The notes: a model not told the origin generated them from the letters alone. DNA of 64,000 bases from an uncultured Candidatus Rokubacteria bacterium (GCA_963747235.1 CAVVEU010000013.1:256001-320000); one strand, 5' to 3'; counted from the first letter of the stretch, positions 1-13,200 are shown. Made by a program: numbers and translations.

Positions 1-281
1 GCGGGTCGTGGTGGGCGTCCACCACCGCCTCCGCGCCGGCGCGGGCGAGCACGGCCTCCGGTGCGCCCTCGGCCGACACGGTGACCGGGACGTAGTAGGG
101 GTCGCCGTCCACCGCGAGGAGCAGGAGCACGAGCGGCCCGTCGGGATCGAGGACGGCCCAGTCGAGCACCTCCACCGCCGCGATGCCGCGGGTCTTGGCC
201 GCGAACCAGCGCTGGCGGATCAGGAAGCGCGCGAGATCGGAGCGGCCGGGGCCCGAGAGCAGCGCGACGAGCGCGGCGGGA

Positions 282-307
<26 letters not shown>
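1..307 (-). CDS. mak: Maltokinase (Mak/Pep2) N-terminal part, runs off the window start
   Basis: Manual translation from ATG 307: [50 protein letters not shown]; the QRWFxxK motif is typical of the maltokinase N-terminal cap; lies directly downstream of treS. Confidence 0.8.
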
Positions 308-1962
<1,655 letters not shown>

Positions 1963-2123
1963 GGCCGGCTCACGGGTTGGGCGGGCGATCGGTTGTCCGC
2001 CCACAGACGAGTGTCCGGGGCAGTAGCCTGGCGAGGTGAAGCCGAAGGCGAGCCGAGCGGATAAATAATGCCGTTAAGGCTTTCAAGGGTGTTCAAGGCG
2101 TCGGTGTTCAAGGCGCAAGCTGT

Positions 2124-4107
2124 TCACGCGTAATAGTCAAAATCGCGCTCGCGCCGTCGCCAGCGGCCCACGCGATAGACATGCGCGGGCGCGATGCGCG
2201 GGTCGAGCGTGACCGCGTGGGTGGCGCCGCGCACGAGGCGGCGGTCGCCGCCCAGGAGCTCGTGGAGCTCGTAGGTCTCGTCGGGGGCGATGCCGATCTC
2301 GGCGAGCGGGATCTGCAGCGTGGCCTCGTGGGTGGCGAACGGGTCCAGGTTGATCGCGACCAGGATCACGTTGTCGCGTGCGGGCGTGAGCTTGCCGTAG
2401 AAGAGCACGTGCGGGCTGTCGGCCGCGTAGAAGCGCAGGCCGGCCATGGTGTGGAGCGCCGGGTTCTCGCTCCGGATCGCGTTGAGCCGCGCGATGTAGT
2501 CCGAGATGTTGCCGGGCGCGCTCCAGTCGCGCACCCGGATCTCGTACTTCTCCGAGGCCTGGTACTCCTCGCTGCCGGGCAGGGGTGTCGACTCGCAGAG
2601 CTCGTAGCCGCTGTAGATGCCCCAGACGGACGAGAGCGTGGCGGCCAGGGCGGCCCGCATGCGGAAGGCGGGTGGCCCGCCGCGCTGCAGCACCTCGGGG
2701 AGGATGTCGGGCGTGTTGACGAAGAAGTTGCCGCGGAAGTACTCGGCCATCTCCGAGCGCGTCAGCTCCTCGAGATACTCGGTCAGCTCCTCCTTGAAGT
2801 TGCGCCAGGTGAAGTAGGTGTAGGACTGGGTGAAGCCGGCCTTGCCGAGCGCGCGCATCACCTTGGGACGCGTGAAGGCCTCGGAGAGGAACACCACGTC
2901 GGGATCGCGGTCCTGGACCTCCCGGATCAGCCAGATCCAGAAGTCGAGCGGCTTGGTGTGCGGGTTGTCCACCCGGAACGTTCGCACGCCCTGGTCGATC
3001 CAGAATCGCACGACGCCCAGCAGGGCGTCCCAGAGCGATTCCCAGGCCGGGGTCGCGAAGTTGATCGGGTAGATGTCCTGGTACTTCTTGGGCGGGTTCT
3101 CCGCGTACTTGATGGTGCCGTCGGGCCGCTGGTAGAACCACTCCGGGTGCTCCCGCACCCACGGGTGATCCGGCGAGCACTGGATCGCGAAGTCGAGCGC
3201 GATCTCCATCCCCAGGCCCTGGGTGGTCTTCACGAGGCGGCGGAAGTCCTCGAGCGTGCCGAGCTCCGGATGCACCGCGGTGTGGCCGCCCTCGGGGCCG
3301 CCGATGGCCCACGGGCTGCCCGGATCGGCGGGGCCCGCGACCAGCGCGTTGTCCGGGCCCTTGCGCGCGGTGCGGCCGATGGGATGGATGGGCGGGAGAT
3401 AGACGACGTCGAAGCCCATGCGGCGGATCTCGGGGAGTCGGTCCACGCAGTCGTCGAAGGTCCCGTGGCGGCCGGGGACGAGGCCCTGCGAGCGCGGGAA
3501 CAGCTCGTACCAGGCCGCGAAGGCGGCCGCCGGCCGGTCCACCACCACCTCGAGCTCCCGGTCGTGGCGCGTGAGATCGGGACGCGGCTGGACGCGCGCC
3601 ATCACCTGGCGCGAGGTCGGGGTCGAGCAGCACGTCGAGGCGGCGGTCGCGCGAGGTCGCGGCCTCGAGCCGCTCCAGCGCGCGGGCCAGGGCGGCCGCG
3701 TCGGCGTCCGGCGCCCCTTCGCGCGCGCGCCGGAGCATCGCGCCGCCTTCCAGCAGCTCGCTCGTGAGATCGGCCTGCCCGCCGGCCAGGCGCCGCCGCA
3801 TCTCCTCGACCCAGGAGCCGAAGGCGTCGGTCCAGGCCTCCACGGTATAGCGATAGCGGGTGTTGGCCTCGAGCGGGAACGAGCCGGCCCAGCCGTCATT
3901 GTCCACCGGGAGGAGCGGCGCCGCGCGCCAGTCGGTCTCCCCGGCGGCGCGGAAGCGGATGGACGCGGCGAGCAGATCGTGGCCTTCCTTGAAGATGTCG
4001 GCGGTGACGGTCACGCGATCTCCGACGACGCGCTTGACCGGATAGCGGCCGTCGTCCACCGCGGGGCGTACGTGCTCGATCACGATCGGCCGGCGGGTCC
4101 GGCTCAT
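2124..4107 (-). CDS. glgE: Alpha-1,4-glucan:maltose-1-phosphate maltosyltransferase, frameshift near 3605
   Basis: N-terminus MSRTRRPIVIEHVRPAVDDGRYPVKR..IFKEGHD in ORF 2137-4413; catalytic part AWYELFPRS, YAENPPKKYQDIYP, FRVDNPHTKP, FLSEAFT in ORF 2124-3899. Confidence 0.95.
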
Positions 4108-5339
4108 CGCCACCGATCCACCAGGTAGGACTTGTCCTCCTCGAACATGCCGCCCAGGCGCGTCGCGCTCTGGACCAGGGCGGCGGGCGGCCGCGCGCTG
4201 GTCTCGATGACGACGGACGCGGCGCGACCCAGGTAGAGCGGGGCCAGCGACTGGACGGCGTGGCTCCGGTAGACGACGCGGGCGCGATAGGCGAGCAGGA
4301 AGTCGTACACCACGCGCGTCCACAGCCGGTCGGAGAAGCGGAAGCGCTCGAGCGGCCGATCGCTGAGCTCGAGCACCTCGCCCAGATTCTCGGGGGCCAG
4401 GATGCGCTCCCACACCGGGAGGAGATCGCGCACGCCCTGGACGAAGCCGACCTGCATCAGCGAAGGATCCACCGTGGGCCCGCCCGGCAGCGGCTCGGGC
4501 GGGGCGCCGAAGGTCACCACCGGCTCCGACCCGCGGATGTCCAGCCAGTAGTGCTCCGACTGTTCGGCCAGGGCGAAGAGGGCGCCGGCCACCCGGCCCA
4601 CCGTGCGCCCGAGCGGGGCGGGCGGCTGGGTGGCCGCCACCGTCCGTGGGCCCAGCACGGCCTGCGCCACCGTGAAGCCCCGCTCGATCGCGGCCGCGGG
4701 GATCCAGAACTCGAGGCCGTGATGGCCGAGGTCCGTCTCCCAGACCGGATCCGCGAGGAAGGCGTCGGCGACCGCCCCCGAGCAGGCGAACTCCTCGGCC
4801 AGCGGATGGATGAGCTGCCGCCCGAAGAGGCTACGCATCAGCGGCACGACGAGGGCCTGGGTGAGGGTGCCGTCGTAGCGGTAGCGATGGTAGATCGGCA
4901 GCACGAGCCCGACGTCGTCCTTGAGCACGGGCGTGGCCAGGGCGCGGACCCAGTCCACGGTGGTGCTGCCGAGATCGGCGTTGAGCATCACGAGCGCCCG
5001 CGCCTCGAGCCTCCGGCCGACGGTGAGCATCGTGCGCACCGCCTGCGCCCAGTCGAGCGCGCCGTCCGCGGTGTGCCCGGCCCCGGCGGCCCGGATCACG
5101 CGCACGGGGCCCAGGGCGGCGGCCAGGGCGGCCGGCGTCTCCTCGGACGGGGCCTGGTCCACGTGCACGACCACCGCGGCCTGGCCCGCGAAGTGCGCGT
5201 CCAGGCCCGCGCGCACCGCGGCGGCCACCGCGGCGACGGTGGCGCTCGGCCCGGCGGTGGCCAGGCCCACCACGAGGTCGGCGGTGCCGATCCGCTCGAC
5301 GGTGGTCCGGACCTCGTCGGCGAGCTCGAGCGTCTCCAT
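4104..5339 (-). CDS. GT-A fold glycosyltransferase-like protein (glucosylglycerate-synthase-like), catalytic motifs degenerate
   Basis: METLELADEV..ADLVVG; YRYDGTLTQ; C-terminal W.RVVYDFL..Y..SLAPLYLGR pattern of the family; DxD position reads NAD. Confidence 0.7.
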   Translation of the reverse strand: METLELADEVRTTVERIGTADLVVGLATAGPSATVAAVAAAVRAGLDAHFAGQAAVVVHVDQAPSEETPAALAAALGPVRVIRAAGAGHTADGALDWAQAVRTMLTVGRRLEARALVMLNADLGSTTVDWVRALATPVLKDDVGLVLPIYHRYRYDGTLTQALVVPLMRSLFGRQLIHPLAEEFACSGAVADAFLADPVWETDLGHHGLEFWIPAAAIERGFTVAQAVLGPRTVAATQPPAPLGRTVGRVAGALFALAEQSEHYWLDIRGSEPVVTFGAPPEPLPGGPTVDPSLMQVGFVQGVRDLLPVWERILAPENLGEVLELSDRPLERFRFSDRLWTRVVYDFLLAYRARVVYRSHAVQSLAPLYLGRAASVVIETSARPPAALVQSATRLGGMFEEDKSYLVDRWR

Positions 5340-6541
5340 CACCGGGTGAGATGGGCGAGCAGCGCGAGATAGTCGCTGAGCTGGCGGGTCACGAGGAAAT
5401 TGCGGCGCACGTGCTCGCGCCCGGCCGCGCCCATGCGGCCGATGAGCTCGGGGTTGCTCAGGAGCTGCCGGATGCGGAACGCGGCCCCTTCCACGGTTTC
5501 CACGGTATACCCGGTGACGTTCACGACCATCTGAAATGGGATGCCCCCCGCGATGGTCCCGATCACCGGCTTGCCCTTCCACATCGCGGTGGCCACCTCG
5601 ATGGTGAAGTCGGCCTTGAGCGGCTTCTGGATCGCGATCGTCGCCGCGCGCTCGAGCGCGTTCAGCTCGGTCTGGGGATCGGGGGGCAGGACGATCACCG
5701 CGATGTCGGGATCCTGCCCGGCCGCTTCCTGGACGTCGGCGAGGACGTCGCCGCCGGGCGCGGGAGGCGGACCGGCCAGCACGAGCCGGACGTCGTGGTG
5801 CTTCTTCACGAGCCGGAAGGCGTTGATGACGCCGAGCGGGTCGTGCTGGCGCTCGAACGGCCCCACCTGGAGCAGGATCGGCTTGTCGCGCGGGACCTGG
5901 AGGCGATCCATCTGGGCGGCCTGCTCGGCGCGGGTCATCTCGCGGTTGCGCTCGGAGAGCGGATCGATGGACGGGTAGACGACGAACCGCGGGATGGAGA
6001 GCGGCGTGGCGAAGCGGGCGAGGGAGAAGACGGCCGCGTCGTAACGCTGGGCGATCGGGCGGAGCGCGCTCCAGATCTGCGGCTGGGCCGAGGAGAGATC
6101 CTGGTGGCAGCGCCACACCCAGCGCCCGGCGCCGCCGCGCTGCTCGACCAGGCCCAGCGGCGGCGCGTCGTGCACCATCACGAGATCGGCGTCGAGCCGG
6201 AGCCGGCGCGCGTTCTCGGCCGCGGTCTCGCGCAGGCGGGCCAGCATGGCCTCGGTGATGACCTGCTCGGTGCCCGCGAGGGCCCGGCTCACCGCGCGGC
6301 CGACCTGGTCGAAGTCCGCGGTGCCGATCGTGATCTCCCAGGTGGTGTCCACGCCCAGGTCGTTCATGATCGGGACGAGCCGGTTCAGCACCTCCACCCC
6401 CGCGCCCCCGTAGCGCGAGGCGCTCACGTGCACGAAGCGCTTCCCGCGCAGGCGCTCGCCGATGCGCATGAGGATGTCCACCGCGCCGCGGGGGGCGACC
6501 TGCCGGTAGTCGTCGAGCTTGAGCAGCGAGCTCTGGGCCAT
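5339..6541 (-). CDS. treT: TreT-like GT4 trehalose synthase homologue, catalytic motifs degenerate
   Basis: LDDYRQV, VHVSASRYGG, VMVHD, WVWRCH.D, PSIDPLSERN, DPLGVI, AMWKGKPVIG, GREHVRRNFL motifs. Confidence 0.75.
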   Translation of the reverse strand: MAQSSLLKLDDYRQVAPRGAVDILMRIGERLRGKRFVHVSASRYGGAGVEVLNRLVPIMNDLGVDTTWEITIGTADFDQVGRAVSRALAGTEQVITEAMLARLRETAAENARRLRLDADLVMVHDAPPLGLVEQRGGAGRWVWRCHQDLSSAQPQIWSALRPIAQRYDAAVFSLARFATPLSIPRFVVYPSIDPLSERNREMTRAEQAAQMDRLQVPRDKPILLQVGPFERQHDPLGVINAFRLVKKHHDVRLVLAGPPPAPGGDVLADVQEAAGQDPDIAVIVLPPDPQTELNALERAATIAIQKPLKADFTIEVATAMWKGKPVIGTIAGGIPFQMVVNVTGYTVETVEGAAFRIRQLLSNPELIGRMGAAGREHVRRNFLVTRQLSDYLALLAHLTR

Positions 6542-7203
6542 CAGGCGGCTCCGTCCGCGATGGCGTCGGACAGGATGTTGAGATGGCGGTCGCGAATGCG
6601 CTCGAGGCTGCCCGCGTACGGGTCGATGTGGGCGAGCCGGTCGGCGACGTCGGGGAGGCCGAGCGCCCCCGCGACCCATTCGGCGAAGTCGCCGCGCCCG
6701 CGGCCGGCGCGGTAGCGCGCCTCGATCGTGTGGTAGAAGAGCGCGCTCACGTCCACCTCGACCAGCGCGTCGCGCAGCTCCGGGAGCGTGCGGGCCTGGT
6801 GGCCGGTGGGCACCGGGATGAGGTGCATCTGGAAGAAGCGGAATCGCTTGCCCTGCGTGCGGGCGGGTGCTCCGCCGAGATGCTGGAGGTGATCCGAGAT
6901 GGTGGCGACCAGCTCCTCGCGCACCCGCTCCATCGAGCCCGCGTGGAAGGCGTCCACCCCGGCCAGGCGCTCCGCGAGGCGCACGTCGCGCACCTCGGTG
7001 CCGACCCAGAGCGCGAAGTCGTTGGGATAGGCCTCGGCCAGCACCGGCCGGTGCAGCAGCGAGGCCGAGGTGTGGCAGAAGACGGACTCCACCGGCACGC
7101 GCTCGAGCTGCTCGAGCAGCTCGCGGGCGTCGTGGGCCTCGTGGGGCAGCAGCTCGTTCAGCTCGAGGCAGCCGAGGAAGACGAAGGGCTCGGTCGGGCT
7201 CAT
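6541..7203 (-). CDS. DUF5752 / OrfY-like protein usually associated with TreT
   Basis: Internal duplication: F.F...A....ELL..LERVP..SVFCHT..YPNDFALWV and F.F...ARTL.EL..AL..V..SALFYHT..DFAEWV; adjacent to treT. Confidence 0.8.
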   Translation of the reverse strand: MSPTEPFVFLGCLELNELLPHEAHDARELLEQLERVPVESVFCHTSASLLHRPVLAEAYPNDFALWVGTEVRDVRLAERLAGVDAFHAGSMERVREELVATISDHLQHLGGAPARTQGKRFRFFQMHLIPVPTGHQARTLPELRDALVEVDVSALFYHTIEARYRAGRGRGDFAEWVAGALGLPDVADRLAHIDPYAGSLERIRDRHLNILSDAIADGAA

Positions 7204-7232
7204 GCGGTAAGCTCTCCCGGGGGACGACACCT

Positions 7233-8396
7233 GTGAGAATCCTGCTCCTGAGCCGAGAGTATCCGCCGCACGTCTATGGCGGCGCCGGTGTGGTGGTGGA
7301 TCACCTGAGCCGCGCGCTCGCCCGCCGCGCGTCGGTCGAGGTGCGCTGCTTCGGCGAGCAGAAGCAGACGCAGCCCCTGACCGTGCAGGGCTATGCGCCG
7401 TGGCCGCGCCTGGCCGGCGGGCCGGAGGCGCCCTACGCGCCCGCGCTCGAGGCCCTCTCGGTGGGGCTCGCGATGGCGCGCGATCCGGTGGCCGCCGACG
7501 TGGTGCACACGCATACCTGGTACGTGGGGCTGGGCGGGATGCTGGTGCAGTCCATCCACGACGTCCCGCTCGTGGTCACGCTCCACAGCATGGAGCCGCT
7601 CCGGCCGTGGAAGGCCGATCAGCTCGGCACCGGCTACGCGGTGTCGAGCTGGGCCGAGCGGCTGGCCGTCGAGCGCGCGGACCGCGTCATCGCGGTGTCG
7701 GCCCAGATGCGCGGCGACATCTTGACGCACTTCCAGGTCGATCCGGACCGGGTGGTGGTGATCCACAACGGGGTGGACGCGGACGCCTTCGCGCGCACCG
7801 AGCGGCGCGACGCGCTCGCGCGTCACGGGGTGCGCGCGCCCTACGCGCTGTTCGTCGGCCGGATCAGCGAGCAGAAGGGGATCTTCCAGCTCCTGGAGGC
7901 GGCGCGGGCCCTGCCCGCGGGCGTCCAGCTCGTGCTCTGCGCGAGCAGCCCGGACACGCCGGAGCTGCTCGCCCGGCTCGAGGCGGCGGTCGCGGGGCGC
8001 CCGGAGATCCACTGGATCAACGCGATGCTGCCGGTGCCCGAGGTGGTCCAGCTCTACAGCCACGCCGCCGTCTTCGTCTGCCCGTCCATCTACGAGCCGT
8101 TCGGCCTGATCAACCTCGAGGCGATGGCCTGCGGCACCCCGGTGGTGGCGAGCCGGGTCGGCGGCATCCCCGAGGTGGTGGTGGACGGCGAGACCGGCCG
8201 GCTGGTGGAGCCCGGCGACGTCGCCGCGCTCGGGCAGGCGCTGCGGGAGACGCTGGCCGATCCCGAGCGAGCCCGCCGCATGGGCGAGGCCGGGCGGCGC
8301 CGGGTGGAAGCGCACTTCTCGTGGGACCGCATCGCGGACCGGACGCTCGCCGTCTATCAGGACGCGATCGAGCATCACGGGCGCGCACTCAGGTAG
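7233..8396 (+). CDS. glgM: GT4 glycogen synthase / alpha-maltose-1-phosphate synthase (GlgM-type)
   Basis: GTG start RILLLSREYPPHVYGGAGV; HTHTWY; HSMEPLRPWKADQLGTGY; CPSIYEPFGLINLEAMAC. Confidence 0.88.
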   Translation: MRILLLSREYPPHVYGGAGVVVDHLSRALARRASVEVRCFGEQKQTQPLTVQGYAPWPRLAGGPEAPYAPALEALSVGLAMARDPVAADVVHTHTWYVGLGGMLVQSIHDVPLVVTLHSMEPLRPWKADQLGTGYAVSSWAERLAVERADRVIAVSAQMRGDILTHFQVDPDRVVVIHNGVDADAFARTERRDALARHGVRAPYALFVGRISEQKGIFQLLEAARALPAGVQLVLCASSPDTPELLARLEAAVAGRPEIHWINAMLPVPEVVQLYSHAAVFVCPSIYEPFGLINLEAMACGTPVVASRVGGIPEVVVDGETGRLVEPGDVAALGQALRETLADPERARRMGEAGRRRVEAHFSWDRIADRTLAVYQDAIEHHGRALR

Positions 8397-10225
8397 AAGG
8401 CCACGCTCCACGCCGGCAGCGTGGACCAGGAGGGTGACGGCAGGGCGAGCGCGTAGAGGCGTCGTCCCCAGTCCGCACCTGGCCCGTCGTGCGGCACGGG
8501 CACCGCGCCCAGGTTGGCGACGAGCCGCAGCGTGCCGGTCGGGAAGATCCACGCGACCTCGAGCGCGGTGTCGCCGAGCTGCTTCCACGAGCCGCCCGGC
8601 ACCGGCTCGTCCGCGAGCAGCGGCGCGACCACGCGGGCCCGCAGCTCGAGCAGGGCCTGATGGAACGCGAGCCAGTCCTTGTGGACGGCGGCGCCCGCGT
8701 GACTCCAGTCGAGCGTCGAGCGCCTGAAGGCCGACTCGGCCTGGGGATCGGGGATGCGCGCGCGCGTCGCGGGATCGGCGAACTCGGGAAAGCGCGCGAA
8801 TTCGCGCCGCCGGCCCTCGGACACGAGCGGGCCCAGCTCCGGGCCCAGATCGCTGAAGAACAGGAACGGCTCGGGCGCGGCCCATTCCTCGCCCATGAAC
8901 AGCAGGGGCAGCGCGGGGGAGAGCAGGAGCACCGTGGTGGCCGCGCGCACCGCGTCGGGCGAGGCGAGCGCGGCGATGCGCTCGCCGAGGGCGCGATTGC
9001 CGATCTGATCGTGATTCTGGATGAAGCCCACGAAGGCGGTGGGCGGCAGGTCCGCGCACGGCTCGCCGCGCGCGCCGTCCCGGTACGCGGACCGCTCGCC
9101 CTGGAACGCGAAGCCCTCGGTGAGGCAGCGGCCGAGGTGAGGCAGCGGCGGCTGGTAGTCGCCGTAGTAGCCGCCGCGCTCGCCGGTCAGGAGCACGTGC
9201 AGCGCGTGGTGCGCGTCGTCGTTCCACTGGGCCTGGTAGAGCGGGCGCCGGCCGGCGTCCCAGCTGTCCACCCGCCGGAGGTAGCGCGCCTCGTTGGCGC
9301 CGTTCTCCAGCACCAGGTGCACGCGGCGCTCGCGGCCGGGCCCGTCGGCCACCGCGCGGGCCAGCTCCACCAGGAGGTGGCGGGGCGACCCGTCCGCGAT
9401 CGCGTTGACCGCGTCGAGGCGCAGGCCGTCGAGGTGGTACTCCTCGATCCAGTAGAGCGCGTTGTGGATCATGAACGCGCGCACCACCTCGGAGCCGGGC
9501 CCGTCGTAGTTGACCCCGTCGCCCCACGGCGTCTGGTGGCGCGGGTTGAAGAAGCCGGGCGCGTAGCGGTGCAGATAGTTGCCCTCGGGCCCGAAGTGGT
9601 TGTAGACGACGTCGAGGAAGACGGCGAGGCCGCGCGCGTGCGCGGCGTCCACCAGGGCCTTGAGCTCCTCGGGCCGGCCATAGCTCGCCTCGGGCGCGTA
9701 GAGGAGCACGCCGTCGTAGCCCCAGCCCCGGCGGCCGGGAAAGTCGGCCAGCGGCATCAGCTCCACCGCGGTGACGCCGAGCGAGACCAGGTGATCGAGC
9801 CGCTCGGCCACGGCCGCGTAGGTGCCCGCCGGCGTGAAGGCGCCCACGTGCAGCTCGTAGAACACGAGGCGCTCCGGGGGCAGCCCGACCCAGGCGGTGT
9901 CGGTCCAGGCGTGGGCGAGGGGGTCCACCACCTCGCTCGCCCCGTGCACGTCGCCGGGCTGGAAGCGCGCGGCCGGATCGGGCACGAGCAGCTCGCCGTC
10001 GATGCGGTAGCGATAGCGCGTGCCCGGGGGCGCCTCCCGCGTCACGTACTCCGCCCACCCGCCCGCGTCGCGCGGCATGGCCACCGCGCGGCCCGGCTCC
10101 TCGAGCCACAGCTCGACCTGGCGCGCGCCGGGGGCCCAGAGGCGGAAGCGCGTGGTGCCGTCCTCGCGCACCTCCGCGCCGAACGGCATCCGATGCGCGC
10201 GCCGCGCCGCCGGGCCCGGGCTCAC
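8375..10225 (-). CDS. treZ: Malto-oligosyltrehalose trehalohydrolase
   Basis: FRLWAP, YELHVGAFT, WGYDGV, DVVYNHFGPEGNYL, GLRLDAV, QNHDQIGNRALGER, LFMGEEW; GTG at 10225 overlaps the treY stop. Confidence 0.93.
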   Translation of the reverse strand: MSPGPAARRAHRMPFGAEVREDGTTRFRLWAPGARQVELWLEEPGRAVAMPRDAGGWAEYVTREAPPGTRYRYRIDGELLVPDPAARFQPGDVHGASEVVDPLAHAWTDTAWVGLPPERLVFYELHVGAFTPAGTYAAVAERLDHLVSLGVTAVELMPLADFPGRRGWGYDGVLLYAPEASYGRPEELKALVDAAHARGLAVFLDVVYNHFGPEGNYLHRYAPGFFNPRHQTPWGDGVNYDGPGSEVVRAFMIHNALYWIEEYHLDGLRLDAVNAIADGSPRHLLVELARAVADGPGRERRVHLVLENGANEARYLRRVDSWDAGRRPLYQAQWNDDAHHALHVLLTGERGGYYGDYQPPLPHLGRCLTEGFAFQGERSAYRDGARGEPCADLPPTAFVGFIQNHDQIGNRALGERIAALASPDAVRAATTVLLLSPALPLLFMGEEWAAPEPFLFFSDLGPELGPLVSEGRRREFARFPEFADPATRARIPDPQAESAFRRSTLDWSHAGAAVHKDWLAFHQALLELRARVVAPLLADEPVPGGSWKQLGDTALEVAWIFPTGTLRLVANLGAVPVPHDGPGADWGRRLYALALPSPSWSTLPAWSVAFYLSARP

Positions 10226-13200
10226 GGCTCGCCGCCTTCGCGCTCGAGGAGCGCCACCGGGAAGTGGGCGAACAGGGCGGGCAGCGGCAGCACCGCGGCG
10301 CCGTCGTGCCACTCGCTGGCCACCGTGAGGCCGGTGAAGCGGTCGCGGTAGACACCGGCCAGCCGGTCGTCGCCGAGCGCCACCCACGTGTGCTCCCACG
10401 CGGCGTCGCCCAGCGCGAAGCGTCCGGTGAGACCGGCGAGGCGCGCGGTCAGGCGCGGCACCGCCGCGATCACCGCGTCGGGCCCGTCCACCCGCGCCAG
10501 CGCCACCACGTGCTCGGCGTGGCGGCCGCCCGGAGCGAGCCCGCGGTATTCCCCGGCGGCGAAGAGGCGGGCGCGCTGCCGCCGCAGGGTGAGCGCGCGG
10601 TGGGTGAGGTAGAGCTTCACGCGTCCGTCGCGCCAGTGCTCGAGGAGCTCGGCGCAGAGGGCGCTCAGGTCCGGTGGGCCCGCGTCCTCGTCGGGGATGC
10701 GGGCGCGCAGCGCGTCGAGCAGCGCCTGCCGGCGGGCGAAGTCCACGGGCCGGCGGTTGTCGGGATCCACGAGCGAGAGCTCCCAGAGCTCGGTGCCCTG
10801 GTAGAAGTCGGGAATCCCCGGGGCGACGATCTTGAGCAGGGTCTGCGCGAGCGAGTTGACCGCGCCGTGGGCCGCGACCAGGCGCTGGAACGGCCGGAAG
10901 GCGGAGAGAAAGGCACCGCCGGGCGCGAGCAGGCCGGTCACGAACCCGCGCGTCGCCGCGTCGTAGCCGGCGCTCGGGTTCACCCAGCTCGTGTGGCGCT
11001 TGGCCTCCTTGGTGGCCTTCTCCATGTAGGCGGCCAGGCGCTCGGTCAGCGTCGTCGATCGGCTCGTCGGCGTCCAGGGTGGGCCAGGCGCCCACCAGGG
11101 TCTGGTAGAAGCAGGTACTCGTCGTTGGCGTCGGGCGCCGCCCGGCCGTCCACGTCCACCTTGAAGCGGCGGGCGAGGGCCCGCCAGCGCCGGACCTCGG
11201 CGGCCCACGCGGCGGGCACCTCGGAGAGCACGTTGATGCGCGCGCGCACGTCCTCGCCGCGCTTGGTGTCGTGGGTCGCGGTGGCGACGAGGGACTCGGG
11301 CCACCGGGCCAGGCGCGCCGCGTTCTTGTCGTGGAAGACGGCGGGCGACTCGCCGTAGCGCGCGGGATCGCCGCCGACCTCGTTGAGCGAGACGAGGCGG
11401 TTGTAGACGTAGAACGCGGTGTCCTCGACGCCCTTGGCGGTGACCGGCCCGGTCGTCTGCTGGAAGCGCATCGCGAAGTGCCGGCGGGCGGCCAGCTCGG
11501 CGGGATCGGGGCGGGCCGGGTTCCGCACCAGGAGCACGTCGCGGACGAAGTCGAAGATGGAGACGTTCACGGTGGGATTGCGGCGCTTGGCCTCGGCCAC
11601 CGCCTCCTCGATGTAGCGCACGATCGCGGACGCTCGGATCGCGCCCGTCGTCGCCCACGTAGGTGCGGTAGACGGAGAACGCGGCCACCAGCTCGCGGAT
11701 CACGCGGACGAGGCTGTAGAGGGTGAAGTCGCGCGAGAGGCGATTGCGCTCCGACATGGAATCGAGGTGATGGCCGAGCTGGTTGATCTCGCTCGCCATC
11801 GAGACCTGCATGATGAGGCGCTTGGCGGTGTAGGTGTGATCGGCCAGGAGGCCGCCCGCCCCGGCCAGCCGCGCGTACAACGTGGTCATCTGTCTGGAAG
11901 TCCCGCGGTCCACGAAGAGCCCGTTGACCGAGGCCAGGAAGTCGTAGCCGGTGGTGCCCGCCACCGCCCACCAGTCGGGCAGGGGCTCGCCCGGGCTCAG
12001 GATCTTCTCGGCCGCGATCCAGAGCGGTCGGGCGTCCGCCGCGGCCGGCTGCTCGAGGGCGCGGGCGCGGTAGAGGGCGCCGAGCGCTTCCGCCTCCGCG
12101 GGCCCCAGCTCGGGCACCAGGCGCCGCGCGGTGGCCACCAGCGCGCCTTCCTGGAGCCGGCGGAAGTACTCCCCGGCGCGTAGAGCCCGTCGGGATGGTC
12201 CACGCGCAGCGCGGTGACCTTGCCCTCGCCGACGAGCCGGAAGACGAGCTCGTGGGCGGCGTCGAACACGAAGCGCTCCTCCATGCGGATCGCGGCCAGG
12301 TGGCTCACGTCGAAGAAGCGGCGGTAGTTCACCTCGTCGCCCGCCACGCGCCAGTCGGCCAGGCGGTAGGTCTGGGCCGAGAGCAGGCGATCGAGGGCGT
12401 CGAAGCTCGCCGGTTCCCCCGGGGTGCCGTTCACGACGCGCACCGTCTCCTCGACGTGCTCGCGAATGTCCACCGACTCCTTGGTGAGCACGGCGAGGCG
12501 TCGCTTGACGACCTCCTTCTCGCGCAGCCGCTCCTCGAGGCGCGCGGGATCGGTCTCGGTGCGCCCGGGGAGGTGCTCGAGCGACGTCAGGATGCTGCGC
12601 AGCTCCTGGAGCCCCGCGTCCTCCGGCCCGAGGCGGCCCGCGAGCACGTCGAGGCGGTCGGTCAGGATCTGCGCGTAGGTGTCGGGGGCGATGGGCAGGC
12701 GCGCCCCCGCGTAGCGCAGGTGGAAGGCGCCGTCCGCGAACTCGAGCTGGAGCTGCTGCGACTCGAGCGCGCGGCCGTACTGATCCGGCAGGACGGGCAG
12801 GAGCACGCGATCGCGCAGCTCGGGCTTGATCGGCGTCCAGTCGATGTCGAAGAAGCCGGCGCGGGGGGAGGCCTGGCCGTTCTCCAGCACGTCCAGCCAC
12901 CACGGATTGGCGTCGCCCGCGATGCCCATGTGATTGGGCACCACGTCGAGGATCAGGCCGAGGCCGCGCGCGGCGAGCGAGGCGGCCAGGCGGTCGAAGG
13001 CGGCCGCCCCGCCGATCTCGGGGTTGAACGCGTTGTGATCGGTGACGTCGTAGCCGTGCGAGCTGCCGGGCCCGCAGCGGAAGCAGGGGGAGAGGTAGGC
13101 GTCGCTCACCCCGAGCGCGTCGAGGTAGGGGCCGAGCGCGGCCACCGCGTCGAAGCCGAGCGTGCTCCCGAGCTGCAGGCGATACGTGGCGTGACGCGCT

